64,000 nucleotides of DNA from Octopus vulgaris (lineage: Eukaryota): assembly GCA_951406725.2 (NCBI GenBank), contig OX597831.1, forward strand, positions 9,052,001-9,116,000, written 5' to 3'. How positions within the stretch are numbered: position 1 is the stretch's first letter; every line of letters starts with the position of its first letter. Of the stretch, positions 1 through 12,868 are shown piece after piece. The position numbers were made by a program, and so were the translations under genes. Under the pieces are notes generated by a model that did no database searches, was not told the DNA's origin, and saw nothing but the letters and a program-made list of their open reading frames with translations.

Positions 1-174
1 TGACGGACATGATTGTAAAGGTGTTGCCTTTAGAATAGCCAGCAATGATCACCGCAAATAACGAGGCTCATTTCTCAAGTATATTTTCCAGCATTTATCT
101 TCGATGAATAACATTCAGACGATGTTACATAACGGATGCGTTACGATAATTTTTTCTTTCGCTTTTATTATGGA

Positions 175-569
175 CTAGCAGTATCGCACGGCGTTGCTCG
201 GGTTTGTAAGGGAAATAACTATACAGCATTTTTAGAGAGTTATAGCAAAAAAATAGCAAAAAAAATGCAGTAAAAATGGAAAAAATATGATGGTAAATTT
301 TTTTTTTAAATCGTTGACTCATCGTAGGCATTTTTAGAGAGTTACTTCCCTTTAAAAAAGTATGCATGAAAATGAAAAAAATTATGGTAAACTATTTTTA
401 AAATCGTAGACTCATCGTAGACGCGCGCTAATACCCAGAAGGGCTCGATATGAATCACGACTATAAGATACCCGGTTTTGGTTAAACTGCACCGCAAAAT
501 GTGGGAGTAGTTAGGAATCTAAATCGAAGGGGACAGACACTCACACAACTACAGTTTTATATATAAAGA
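175..569 (-). mobile_element. Non-autonomous Helitron, copy 1
   Basis: On the minus strand it starts TC(TTTATATATAAAA) after an A and ends CTAG before a T, with no TSD. A GC-rich hairpin-like segment precedes the CTAG. Near-identical to 22479-22872, and contains an internal imperfect tandem repeat. Confidence 0.8.
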
Positions 570-957
570 TTACGATAAAAGAATGAAATATCAACGAGCT
601 GAATGGTGGCTACTTTGTTTATTGTAATAAAGCCACAGCTATGCTGATTTAATCTCTCACCACACTGTTTCATGGAATTCCTGTGCCTGGTCACGTGCGC
701 TCACGTGCCGCGGTCATAAAAAATGAGAACAAGAACCGGTGGATAAATACGTAAATGTCTCAATGGGAAAAAATAAAAGGCAGCCATACGCTAGAACGTC
801 TCTTTTTATGAATCTGTTCGATCCTGGCTCATCTCGGATAAGCAAATACTTTTGTTTATTGTATAAGTCTGCCCCCTCCCTCCGCCCAGTCTGTATTATA
901 TACGGTCACCATAAAAAATGATCATGGCATCGGTAGTTAAGTTATTATCTGTTTTGT

Positions 958-1350
958 GTGAGACGACTGTTGTTATCGCTAGGTCTAACTCATCGTAAAG
1001 TCAATACCACCATGACTGATATCCAATCTTCAGTGGAGAAGGCTAGCCACTGGATTTGGTTAAAAAGGGACGATAAGCGATCGCTAGAAGGATATTGAGC
1101 TTTATTTGATAACCAGCTGATCTAGCAAGTGGGGCCTCATATCCGTGACGGGGGGGGGGGGGCGGTGGGCATTGATGCCGTCGAGAGGTAGGCCCCGAAA
1201 CGGCGCGCATTCTCTCCTGATGACCCCATACACTTGCAGGCTTCCGGTATGCGGAGTTTTTGACTGGTAGCACTTGCATGTGCAAGTTGTTTGCAAGACA
1301 TCAGTGCTGTGGTGCAGCCTTGTTGCAGGTAAACCACGATAATATACCAA
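958..1350 (+). mobile_element. 5'-truncated HERO-like (RLE-type) non-LTR retrotransposon: ORF C-terminus plus 3' UTR
   Basis: 958-1098 translates VRRLLLSLGLTHRKVNTTMTDIQSSVEKASHWIWLKRDDKRSLEGY*, resembling the LxxLG...EKASxWIWLKR C-terminus of HERO-clade ORFs (recognised from memory). The 3' boundary is approximate. Confidence 0.65.
1122..1239 (+). ncRNA. Non-circularly permuted hammerhead-like ribozyme motif
   Basis: GCCGUC-GAGAG (1177-1187), AGGCCCC-GAAACGGC (1190-1204) and CUCUC-CUGAUGA (1212-1223). GGGGCCU (1131-1137) pairs with 1190-1196, and GCAAGU (1125-1130) pairs with ACUUGC (1232-1237). Confidence 0.65.
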
Positions 1351-3024
1351 ATACTTATGATGTCATAAACAATTTCTTCAGTGTAGAAATACAGTAATTA
1401 ATCTGTAAGAAAATTATAATTTTGTTTTTGTTTTTGGTCAGTAAGTGTTATTTCTTATTCGCTTCTTCCTAGAAATGAAAGCAAATGACTACTTTTCTCT
1501 TCAGACTTTGCTTTAAAACTGATCTATTTTCCATTACACTTCAGACAGATTCAGTGCCGAGTTGCTGAAGCAGAAATAGCATTATAGCAAATATTCCGCT
1601 CAATACCACAGATTTACTTGTCAGATGCTTGACCTTATCTACGTGAGCATGTCCCTTAGTGGTTTACGACATGTGCGTTTTTGATCAGAAGCTAGAGTGG
1701 GGGGAGGGATTATAACAATGTGTTGAGAGGGATTCTTTGGGGTTTGAATAAATGTAACAAAAGCAAAGTTTTAAGCCATTTTTCATACTCTCTAGGGTAA
1801 GCAAATAGGAAATAATAGTCGCTACCCAAGGACAAAATTCGTGTTAAACAGTGTAATCAAATGATATGATCTTCCACCCATGTTCACCTCTCATTCGTCA
1901 GTGACTATATTCATTGTATGTATACCACAAGTGTTATATTCTGTTGTAATTACGTCCTAGTGAAGCTCCCCCCCCCCCCAGACTGACTACAATGTAATAT
2001 TTTTCTTTCGCAATGTTTAAACCTCTATAAATAATAAATCTAATTCACTGTACTTTCCGTCTACTCAGAAATTCTTCTATTTATAATTAATATGATAAGC
2101 CTACCATATCTAATATTAGTTTGTACAAACATAAAATGATGAAAATAGCTTAAAGGCATAAAATTGTTACTTTATATGTTTAACTTTGCCTACATAACGT
2201 TATCTAATTTCGCGTTGGAATGATGAGGTGTCTGAAACTTAAATGGAATTAGCTAACTGTTTCAACGAGGTCCAACTAGCACCACATGATATCCAAACAC
2301 ACGGTGATACTTGGCTATGATTTCTTTCTTCAGCTTTGAAATTTGTTGAAAGTACGAAGACCATTCTTAATTATTTCTATAATTACATTTCGTTCCAAAC
2401 TTGACCCTTGGCATCAGAGATGGTAGCACCAGGAAAGGCGATATGCAAGTGACAGAGAGAAACCATTTCCGACATTGATATATTGTTACTAACAAAAGTA
2501 GTTGTGTACACATTCTATTTCACTTTCTGTGCGCATGCATGTCAATATATATGTGTGTGTGCATGTGCGTGCAAGAATGTGTGCGCGTGTGTGCAAGAAT
2601 GTATGTGTGTGTGCAAGGAAATAGGAATGTAAATATTGGAATGCATTTATATATGAATATATTAAATTAAATTCTTCAATAGGTATACGCAAGTCTATCT
2701 AAATACATATTCACATATATATATATATATACACATACACACAAATATTCTTTACACATACTCGACACATACATACACGCACAGAAGCACACACACAAGT
2801 GTATAAGTATGTATGTGTATATACATGCCAATATATATACATACATATGTGTGTACACATACACACATACACACAGAGAAACACACATATATATTTACGT
2901 TGACACAGAGACACTTACATACACATATACATATATATTGCTTATAAATGTGTGAACGTTTGTGCTTGTTATTTAGTATGTACGAAACGCGCATACATAC
3001 ACAATAAACACATCACACACACAT

Positions 3025-3068
<44 letters not shown>

Positions 3069-3892
3069 TCACACATAATGGCAAAACAAACGCATATATG
3101 AAGGCCCGTCTCTGTTTTTATGGGATATTTGACTGCTTTATTCTCCCTAGAATAACAGAATTACAACCCTTCCTCCACCACCGCCGCCGCCGCCACCACC
3201 ACCACCACCACCACCACCACCACATCACTTATATATGGAAAGAGGAAATATTGAGATTCAGCTTCGAGATAATGATTATGATATATTGAAATTGCTGAGT
3301 GATTCCATCGTTTCTGTCGTCTAGTAATTTTATTACAGTTATGGACCACCGTTCTATCAAGTTTCTCTCTCTTGGTTAGTTATTTCAGGAAATCATAAAC
3401 GAGGACGAATGAAATAAGTTCAAGGGAGATAAAAATATATTGATTTTCCCATGTTTCAGCTTCAAAGCGGCGATTGTTTATTTTAGAGCAGAACGTGTAA
3501 AATTTTGATGGTGACTTTGAAAGAATATCTAAAAACATAAATCGGTTTCGGCCTGAAGAAGATACTAGAAATATGATAAAGGATATAAAGTCATAATGTT
3601 CCCAACTTCTACTTGTTTCATTTATTGGACTGAAGCCATGTTCAGGCGCCGACCTGAAGTGGCTACACTCGAATATTCAATTTCGGTGCATATTATAGTT
3701 GTCTCTTGTATTGAACCTCTAAGTCACGAGGACGTAAACAAACCAAGAGCGGTTGTCAAATGGTGAGTAGACAACCACAAATGCAAAGACACATGCACAC
3801 ATTTATATAATACATACATATATATAATACATATATATGCGTATATAATACATATGCATACATATATATGTACATATGAATGTGTGTGTGTG

Positions 3893-3966
<74 letters not shown>

Positions 3967-4420
3967 TACATACACACAACTCCTGTATTTCATTGAACCA
4001 GGAGGGATAAATTGTAAAGTTGACTACCATAGGATTTGAACTCAAAACATAAAGTATTGGAACAGGTTATGTTTGTCATTGCATCACTATAACGATTTTG
4101 GCAGCTTGTCGCCATCATGTACATACATGCATACATACATACATACACATACATACACATATATACACATACATACATATATATGTGTGTATATGTGTGT
4201 GTGTGTGTATGTGTATGTGTGTGTGTGTATGTGTGTGTATGTGTGTGTGTAGGTAAATATGTGTATATATATATATAGTGGGAGAGAGATAGGTTTGATA
4301 GATAGAGCGAGAGAAAGAAAAAGAGAGGGAGAGGGAGAGGGAGAGAAAGAGTGAGTGAGTGAGAGAGAGAGAGGAGAGAGAAAGAAAGCTAAATAGCTCT
4401 CCACTGATTTGAACTTCGTC

Positions 4421-4758
4421 GCGACCCTCTTCCGTCATGAATGACCATGGGATTTCACCTGCAAAGTGACCCTCCGAGGCACAAGTCTGGGCAAAGTTGT
4501 TTATGGAAGGCCAGCAGTCGCCCATGTATACCACCTTTCTCTTTCCACGCCACTGATGTTATCCAAGGGAAAGGCAAAGGGGCCGATACAGCTTGGCACC
4601 AGTGATGTCGGAACTCATTTCTACAGCTGAGTGAACTGAAGCAACGTGAAATAAAGTGTCTTGCTCAAGAACACAACACTCAGCCTGGTCTGGGAATTGA
4701 ACTCACAACCTTACGATCAAGAGCTCGACGCTCTAACCACTGAGCCACGCGCCTTCAC
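4421..4758 (-). mobile_element. tRNA-derived SINE with V-domain-like body (family C)
   Basis: Minus strand has an A-box GTGGCTCAGTGG and a B-box GAGTTCAATTCC, then GTGTTCTTGAGCAAGACAC. Homologous to 40485-40802. Confidence 0.8.
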
Positions 4759-4864
4759 TCCAAAATATTTACGGAGGAGTAAGTCCGCGAGTTAAATTGT
4801 GGCTAAAAGAAGAATCCAGGTGAGGTTAATTGCATGATTATCTGTGTGTGTGTGTACGTATGTG

Positions 4865-4897
<33 letters not shown>

Positions 4898-5849
4898 CAT
4901 GCATAACAGATAATGATACCATTAACCTTCAGTGGCCGTTGTGAATGTATCACGTTATCGCGTGTTCAATTAGCTTCCATTGTTACATTCAGCTTTTCCC
5001 ATCGTAGATGTAACTTAGAAAAGTATGGCTTCCACCAACCTAACTTCGTCTACATACATTACAGAATGACTACATATTGTATTGCAATGTCCTTTAAGGG
5101 TATTTGCTTTGCTGTTGTCACTGTTTATGCCTAGGATACCCTTGATCGAAACGCCTTGTGAACAAAGAAATTTTTTAATATATTTCTATATCTAGCAATA
5201 GATTTGCTAATGAGATATTCATTTAACATAGTAGGAGTGATTTGAGGGAGTTCCAGTTGTTACTGAAAAGCTAAAGCGACTGCATGGTGGGGGGGGGGGT
5301 TCATGAACTCATTTAAATAAATTTCTTAATCTTCTTAGAGCTATTACTCAGATTGATATCATGAGGAATCCCAGTGCAAATATTTCACCAAATAATTAAA
5401 AACGATGAACCCAACAGGGCGCTTCCTGGCATTTCTAATCAGCGTCTCAAATTAGGTTACGATTTTAAAAAGTCGAACCAAATATTGGAGTGATAAATAT
5501 TCTTAGCGGAAAAGATGTAAATTATGTTTACCTTATTCACCAAAGACATTTTTGAAAGTTTTTTTTTTATGTATGAATAAATAGACGTATAATTTAGTAT
5601 TTAATTAAGAACAGAAAGTTGATTTAATACAGGAAAATAACAGAGGAAAATATCTGATGATTCCGATCAATTTTCCCTGTGTCTTTTATAAAATAGTGAA
5701 AATTTATTTTATTGCTTGGACACTGAATCTGAAATCTGAGAATAGCCAATTAATTTTATAATTATAGCGATTTAGTAAATTTAGTTTTCCAGGTCATTAA
5801 TTGTACGAAAACAGTTATCGTTAAAACTCACGAAAATGAGCCAAGATTT

Positions 5850-6700
5850 GTAAACATAAGTATGGCATGGCCGAACGCTCGCCTTTTAATAGCTTCGCAT
5901 GTATCAATAAAATTACGTTCATTATGGCAAAGTAACAGTATGGAATGATTGAATATTATTTAAAGATTATGTTTGACGGAGATTTCTACTGAGATTTAAT
6001 TATTAAAAAATGATCGGGTTCGTATTTTAGTAAGCTCAATGACAATTCATGTTCTGTACATGTTTTCCATTGAGTTACAAAATTCTATTTAGTTTACTAA
6101 AACTGTTTGCAAGATTATGCAACTTAATAAGACCCTCGTCTTTGGACCAATTTCGAAAGTTCTTCCAGTTATGATTTCAGCGTTGATAAGTTACATATTA
6201 TGATTTGTTTTTTTTTTTATTTGAAATCGACTTCCAAGTTTGATATTTGTAATTCTTCGGGTGAAAAAACCCCCAAATATGTTGTAGACACGAGAGGTAA
6301 TTTAATTGCTATTATTTCCAATAATTGTCTCTTCCAGTCCAAGAAAAATGAGTTGATATATTCGATATTTTTAATTATTCTTGAAATTAACGTTGAAAAG
6401 AAGTCCTCATATAATTCGCTAATGGTGATACTAAATGGAGTTCCCACAGAGTTGCATGTCTTAGTTTATTCGGTTTAAATGAAATGATTGATTTAAATCC
6501 TGTTATCAACTTTGCTAAACGAATCAAACTTAATCTTCTTCATTTCATTAAATTATTAACGAAATCTTACGGCTGTGGATCGAGCACAGCAAAAGTGAAG
6601 AGTGTTTTTTTTCCTTATTCTAATCTCCTTTTCCTTAATATGTTTTTGTTTTTAAAAAGCTTCGTTTTCTCCATTAAACCAATCATTGTTTGAACGCGGT
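5850..6700 (-). pseudogene. Possible highly decayed Penelope-like reverse transcriptase
   Basis: GTPFSITISELY followed by YINSFFLDW and TYLGV loosely matches the PLE RT motif order (MGTPxxPxxAxLYM / YIDDIFxxW / FLDV). Many stops; boundaries approximate. Confidence 0.3.
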
Positions 6701-6934
6701 TTGCAAAGAGAGCTTTATGTCATTCAAATCGAGAAAATATCGGAAACATAATTGAACCATCCACTTGGAATCTGAAAATCTTCAATCCAAATAATGTTTT
6801 TGTTTTCAATTGAAAAAAAAAAAAAGAATCTCTACTTCAGTTCGTAACAATATGACTCACTGCAGAGTTTTCTGGCGAGATAACAGTCTTACTTTCGGAT
6901 TATATAGTATATGTTCATATTCATATACAAGTTG

Positions 6935-7409
6935 AAAAGTCAGAATCCCCAAATGTTGTCACCACGCCAAATTTGCATTTTCAGTTACGATGAGATTTTG
7001 TTCCACCTGGTTTGCAGTACGTCCCGTGAAGCTCTACAGCCCCTCCAGGACGAGGTTCGTCTTCTAGGCTGTAGTTTCCGGCTAGGTATTTCTGGAACCA
7101 CTGGTGACACTGGCTTACGCTTATTGTCCAATCCCCATATACTGCATTAATATTCCTCGCATTTTCTATTGCATTGTTGCCTTTATTGAACTCATAAAGA
7201 AAAATATGCCGAATATGCTCCTTTGTCACTTCCATTTGAAGAAATAACTATTAAAATCGAACTGCACTCTTCAAAACTTGCACCAAGAATAAGTTTAAGG
7301 TAAAATTACTACCTGCTTTTATAGCAAGTTGATGCAGGTAGTTTATCCCGCCCCCACCAACTTTTAGTTCATGAAATTGAAAAACCCTTTTATTTATGGG
7401 ATGACCCAC
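6935..7409 (-). mobile_element. Mariner relic (5' TIR plus transposase N-terminus)
   Basis: ORF 6981-7235 MEVTKEHIRHIFLYEFNKGNNA...WFQKYLAGNYSLEDEPRPG is the mariner HTH region. TIR-like TTATGGGATGACCCAC followed by TA at about 7410, related to the 38157-39430 TIR. Confidence 0.85.
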
Positions 7410-7723
7410 TATATATTTGGGTGTGTGTATACGTGTAAGTGTGTGCATGTATTTGTGTGTGTGTGTGTTTGCGTTTGTCCATCAAGCATCATTTGGCAGC
7501 CGATGTTGGTTATTTATGTGCCCGTAAATTAGGGTTTTGACGAAAGGAATCGCTATAATAAAAATAAAATTTTAAAATAAGGATTGGAGTGAATTTATTC
7601 GATTAAAACTTCCAAGGCGGTGCAACATCATGTCCATGATTAAATAAGCGACTTAAATAACCGATATGTTTTCGTCAAAGTTACTAGTTTTCAAGAAACG
7701 CAGTCTGACAAAAGATTAGTTTA

Positions 7724-9010
7724 CGAGGTGCTATCGAAAAGCTCCCGGACTTGTTATGTTTAATAAAATGTAACTTATTTACCAAACTTTTAACATCATC
7801 TCTTTCGAAGTAGTCACCTCGCGCAGCAGTACATTGGTGCCAGCTTTCCTGCCACTATTGGAATCCAGGCTTAATGTCGTTTTCCATAACCGAGTCGAGG
7901 CTCTGCGATTCAGTCTGGATGTCGACAACGGTGTTAGAACGATGACCAGTGGAGGCGCAATGGCCCAGTGGTTAGGGCAGCGGACTCACGGTCATAGGAT
8001 CGCGGTTTCGATTCCCAGACCGGGCGTTGTGAGTGTTTATTGAGCGAAAACACCTGAAGCTCCACGAGGCTCTGGCAGGGGTGGTGGTGATCCCTGCTGT
8101 ACTCTTTCGCCACAACTTTCTCTCACTCTTACTTCTTGTTTCTGTTGTACCTGTATTTCAAAGGGCCGGCCTTGTCACTCTCTGTGTCACGCTGAATATC
8201 CCCGAGAACTACGTTAAGGGTACATGTGTCTGTGGAGTGCTCAGCCACTTACACGTTAATTTCACGAGCAGGCTGTTCCGTTGATCGGATCAACCGGAAC
8301 CCTCATCGTCGTAACCGACGGAGTGCTTCCACAGAACGATGACCTTTGAGTTGCATTTTCATCTTGAAGAAGACATGGAAGAGTGGGTGCGAAAGCGATA
8401 CCATGTTGGTTTTGGTGAGAAGTTCACGTGTAAGGAGAGTTCGGGGACAAGGTGCATTGCCGTCGCGAAAAATCCAATTCTTCGCGCTCCACGGATCCGG
8501 TCGCTTTTGGTGAATGCTCCCCCCACCCCGGACACTTCAAAACGTCGCAGTAGAACTCTCGATCGACGGCATGGCTCTGGGGAGACGAATTCTCCATGCA
8601 CAATACCACATTTCCGGGGTTGACGACAGGGGCAGCTCTTCCCGATCGCTCATCCACTTCCAGGGATGTTCTTCCGCTTTTGAGGTCTCCTCGCCACTCG
8701 AAACATTGAGTACGACCCATCCTCTCATCGCTGTAAGCTTGCAGAAGCATACTCAATGTCTCTGTAGCAGACATCCCAAGTGTAACGCAAAATTTCTCGT
8801 TGGTTCTTTGTTCCTGTTCATGACAAAGCCGCAGACTACAGCATACACGTCATCGCAAAAACACAAATTTCACATCTTGCGAAGTACACACAGCGATGTC
8901 TCTCGGCACATTGTTTTATGAAGGTCACTGGTAGGTCTCACTGCGCACGAAACCGTGTGCTGCCATCTGTTGGTGCACTACAGAACTAGTCCGGAAACTT
9001 TTTGATACTA
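7724..9010 (-). mobile_element. Internally deleted mariner element interrupted by a SINE
   Basis: TA|CGAGGTGCTATCGAAAAGCTCCCGGACT on the left pairs imperfectly with AGTCCGGAAACTTTTTGATAC on the right. ORF 8424-8774 SATETLSMLLQAYSDERMGRTQCFEW...RTSLEVDERSGR; C-terminal ...GDYFERDD near 7800. Confidence 0.85.
7948..8332 (+). mobile_element. tRNA-derived SINE with 12-bp TSD, nested in mariner
   Basis: A-box TGGCCCAGTGG and B-box GGTTTCGATTCC. Perfect TSD AGAACGATGACC at 7936-7947 and 8333-8344. Confidence 0.9.
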
Positions 9011-12000
9011 ACTGATTTGTTTCAACAGAAAATACATTACAATTGTTTGAAACACCTTTTAGCTTTTGAAACAAATAATGCTCGAAAAAAGAAAACGATA
9101 GCTGTTTAGCAGTCTCTGTTTTCAAATACACACATTTCGACTACAAAACATTTATGTTATTCTTAAAGTAAAATCTAAAAACATATTGTTTCAGCAATCA
9201 GTTATTTCAACAAACTACAACATACCACGTACGTGGGGTCGCCGCTTGATTTAAACTGTGCAAGAAACATTTCTGAATATGGGATATAAAAATTAAAATT
9301 TACATATAATTACCAAGAAATTAACTGAAGCAAAGCAAGTGTAAATTAATGGCATATTTGCATAAAGGGTGGGACAGGCCCAGGTGGTTTCTTTTGTTAC
9401 GAATTCAATACTTCTATTCATAAAATCGTTTCTGTATTTCTATCCACAAAACGAGACGTTAAATTGCGGCAAGGATTTTTCGCTATTAAAAGACTGTGTA
9501 CGTGTCTGACATTGTTTTTTTTTTATCGAGTTGTGTGTTTCCATTGTGCGCCCATATTTCATTCTCATTGTGTGTTTCCTTTAACGGAAGAAATCTTTTC
9601 TTTCATATTCCCATAATAACTGTTACTTCTGTCTTGAGGGTTCCATTAACTATTAATAAATAGGAAAGTATTGGTGGCAAAAGAAAAACACTCGTGTGTA
9701 AGAGTACATTAATTGAAGCATTTTATCCCTAAAAATGTATGGGTTTCCTTAGAATGATGGAAAGCAAAAATAAATAGATTTTGAATTTTAGTATTATGAA
9801 TATTACTCGTATTATTTCATAAGTTCCATTGTTACTCTATGTCTTCAGCGCACATTTCAGTGCCGCGCTGCTTTCCTTCTAGGGGACAGCGCTCGGAGGG
9901 TGCTCTGCTGTCTTCAGTTTTCTGCTTTTTTTAATGATTTATATTGTATTGAAATTACACGATATACAATGGATGACGCGTGTTGTATAGTTTGTATCGT
10001 AACTGTTAACTACGGGTTCCTCCCTAGATTTTGCTTCCGTTTATTAGCATTTTCTCTCACCATTCCTGTTACTGCTATTTTTATGTGAACTGATTCTGTT
10101 CGCTGTATACTTGTCTTTATTGCCAAATCGTTACAGACATGAATAATTATTATCCTTGTTATGGTTGCTGCAGCTTACGAAATAAAAGCATAAGCTTCAC
10201 ATAAAGAAATAATTAATCATGAATTTTTCAAAAAGAGATGCGTATAATTGTGTGGATGCAACATTTCCCAGCCCCCGACATTAATATGAAAATCAAATTA
10301 GCAAAGCATCATTCATTTAATTTATTTACATAAAGCAACTTAGTTGCAACATATTGTATCAGTTATAGCCTGCCTGTCAAAATATTTGCAATTAAAATGA
10401 TACATAAATATTCCAGAGGCAACAATATTTCTGAAATTCCATTAACTTCAGTTTAATAAAAAGAAAGCCTTTCAAGAGATTTTTATATCTTTAGGAACTT
10501 ATCAGAATCGTTTAATAAGCAAACTATTTAGTTAAGGCTGCCATTTTGAATTATAGTTCATCAAGATAGAGGATAGGAGATTATAAAAGATCGGAAATGT
10601 GTAAATAGTGATTTTAGACTAATATTTCAAAGAGATAAATCATTTGAAATTTCAACTGATAAATATATGTTAGGAAAATTAAGTGAAGTTAAATACAAAC
10701 TGATTTATGAGCTGTCAGCTTTAATCTATATTTTAAGTATACTTTAGGGAGAACTTAAAATATTGTAGCACTTTATATTTAAATAATTATTATGAAAAAG
10801 TTGATGTTCTTGTGTTTTAGCTTGTTCTGGTGGTACTTCTTCTCTTAGATTTGTCATGTTAGTTATTTCTGATTGAACAAAGATACGTTACGGAAATAAA
10901 TGGTTGAAACTTTCGATTGATTTACAAACTGACGGCAGATTTATCGGAAAGTTAAACCTCATTTTCATTATAACTAAACAAACACCTCATTGTATAATTC
11001 ATTTAGTGAGATCCTATGGTATGGATTCTTTAAGAATTGACCTTTAGCTACGAAGATGATTTTATTGTTCCAGAACACAGAAAGGAAACCTCGGTGTCCT
11101 AATTTAATTGAACGTTTTGTCAAGGCAGGATGGAAGGCAGGGCACCAACACCTTGTTATCGAGGTTCAGGATTTCCATGAGAAAAGAGAGAATAGATTTG
11201 CTTTTACCTCACAAGAAACAAATAAATCAATCAATAACATGACTGTTTAGAAGATAGCTTAATGCCCTTTTGGCTAAAGAGAAATGATAAATACCGCTCT
11301 ATACTTGTATGGTAAAATTACCAATCACAAACACCTTAGCCAAATTAATTGCGGTAGTTGGGCGAAAGACTGCCATGGTTGTTTCTGACGACTCCAATAC
11401 ACGGTGCTGAAACTATTAATGAAGCTATTGTAACTGAGAGTCTTAAGACATGCATTATTCCCCAATCCTTCCCTTTTATTTCGAGCAGTGTCCTTCGAAG
11501 ACATCCGTCATAGTTCAGTGAACACGCTTTTGAGGATAATCAGCATTCAGCTGCATCGGGGGAAGAGAAATATAAGTATTTCTGTAGAAACTCGCATGCT
11601 GTGTCTGTCTCACTCTTTGACATATAATTTTATGTATGTGGTTATATGAAGAGGATCAGTGAAACTTGTAGCAAAACGAAGCACAACATCAAACCATCAC
11701 AAAACACAAGTACTAAAGTTTCAATTGTAAAACAATACACAATACTTCGAGCTCAACATCCATCACACTGCTTATTTTGTTTATCATTTTCAATGACATT
11801 TGTTTATAGTTTTCCAAAGGTAACATGCGCAGGTAAGGGTGTGTGATTAAGAAACTCGTTTTGCAACTGAGTGTTTAAGGGATCAGTCCTACAGAGCACA
11901 ATCCTGGACTTTTACTGTGTGAATTTTGCCAATGGAAACTCTGAAGAAAACACATCATGTAATGAAGAGACACTTATCCATCGTTTGTTATTTCATACCA

Positions 12001-12245
12001 CATGACATACCTCACTGGAATCTCGAGCCGTCAGACAAATTGGACTATACTAAACACCGTACGAACAATACAACGTACAGTTTAGGGATTAGCCCACAGG
12101 CTATTAAAATACTCATAACGTTTAAATCCTCAGTAGACATAACTTGAATATTTCACCGGATGTACTTCAATAGCCATGATATTTATTCGACGAGAGGTAC
12201 TGTTTACAATTAATTTCCACCCAAACTGGTACCTATCCTTCAAAT

Positions 12246-12298
<53 letters not shown>

Positions 12299-12398
12299 CC
12301 CCCCCCCCCGCACACAAACACACACACACAGAGTCTAATCAAAACTAAGCAGGCCGGAACAATGGAATCCTGTCAACAATTTCCATTGTTAAATTGGG

Positions 12399-12539
12399 AA
12401 GTAGCTTGCTTACCAACCACATAGTTCCGGGCTCAGTCCCACTGCGTGGCACCTAGGTCGAGTACCTTCTACTATAGCCTCAGGCCGAGCAAAGCCTTGC
12501 AAGTGGATTTGGTAGACGGAAACTGAAAGAAGCCCGTCG

Positions 12540-12541
<2 letters not shown>
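12399..12541 (+). mobile_element. CORE-like SINE family A, partial
   Basis: Matches the head and body of 26622-26998, then runs into (TA)n. Confidence 0.8.
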
Positions 12542-12584
<43 letters not shown>

Positions 12585-12589
12585 GTTTG

Positions 12590-12659
<70 letters not shown>

Positions 12660-12670
12660 TATACATATAT

Positions 12671-12868
12671 AGGGAAAGTTTACGAATAAAACAAAAGACG
12701 AAGACAGGTGGTGTACAAAACAAACAGATGTATTAGTATAACGCTCAGGAATAGACAAAGTCTTTTACGTTTCGAGCCTACGCTCTTCTACAGAAAGTAA
12801 CACAGAGATAAACAAGGAGAGAAACAAGGAGAGAAAAAAATGTGTGTAGTGGCTAACGATCTATCATA
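12671..12868 (-). mobile_element. Short Penelope-type repeat with minimal hammerhead (A6U core), copy 1
   Basis: Minus strand 12762-12797 reads CUUU CUGUAGA A GAGC GUAG GCUC GAAAC GUA AAAG. Homologous to 20210-20420 and 62527-62738, and embedded in (TA)n. Confidence 0.7.

Noticed and set aside
125-367. ORF duplicated at 22339-22640
   Set aside because: It lies within a non-autonomous Helitron; the similarity is repeat identity.
3545-3580. CTGAAGA...GAAATAT
   Set aside because: No convincing stem I or II pairing.
7948-8025. tRNA-like sequence with A and B boxes (also in other SINE heads)
   Set aside because: These are SINE heads continuing into repeat bodies; no complete cloverleaf was established.
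11056-11250. 64-aa ORF with an acceptor-like TTCCAG
   Set aside because: Weak donor and no recognisable homology.
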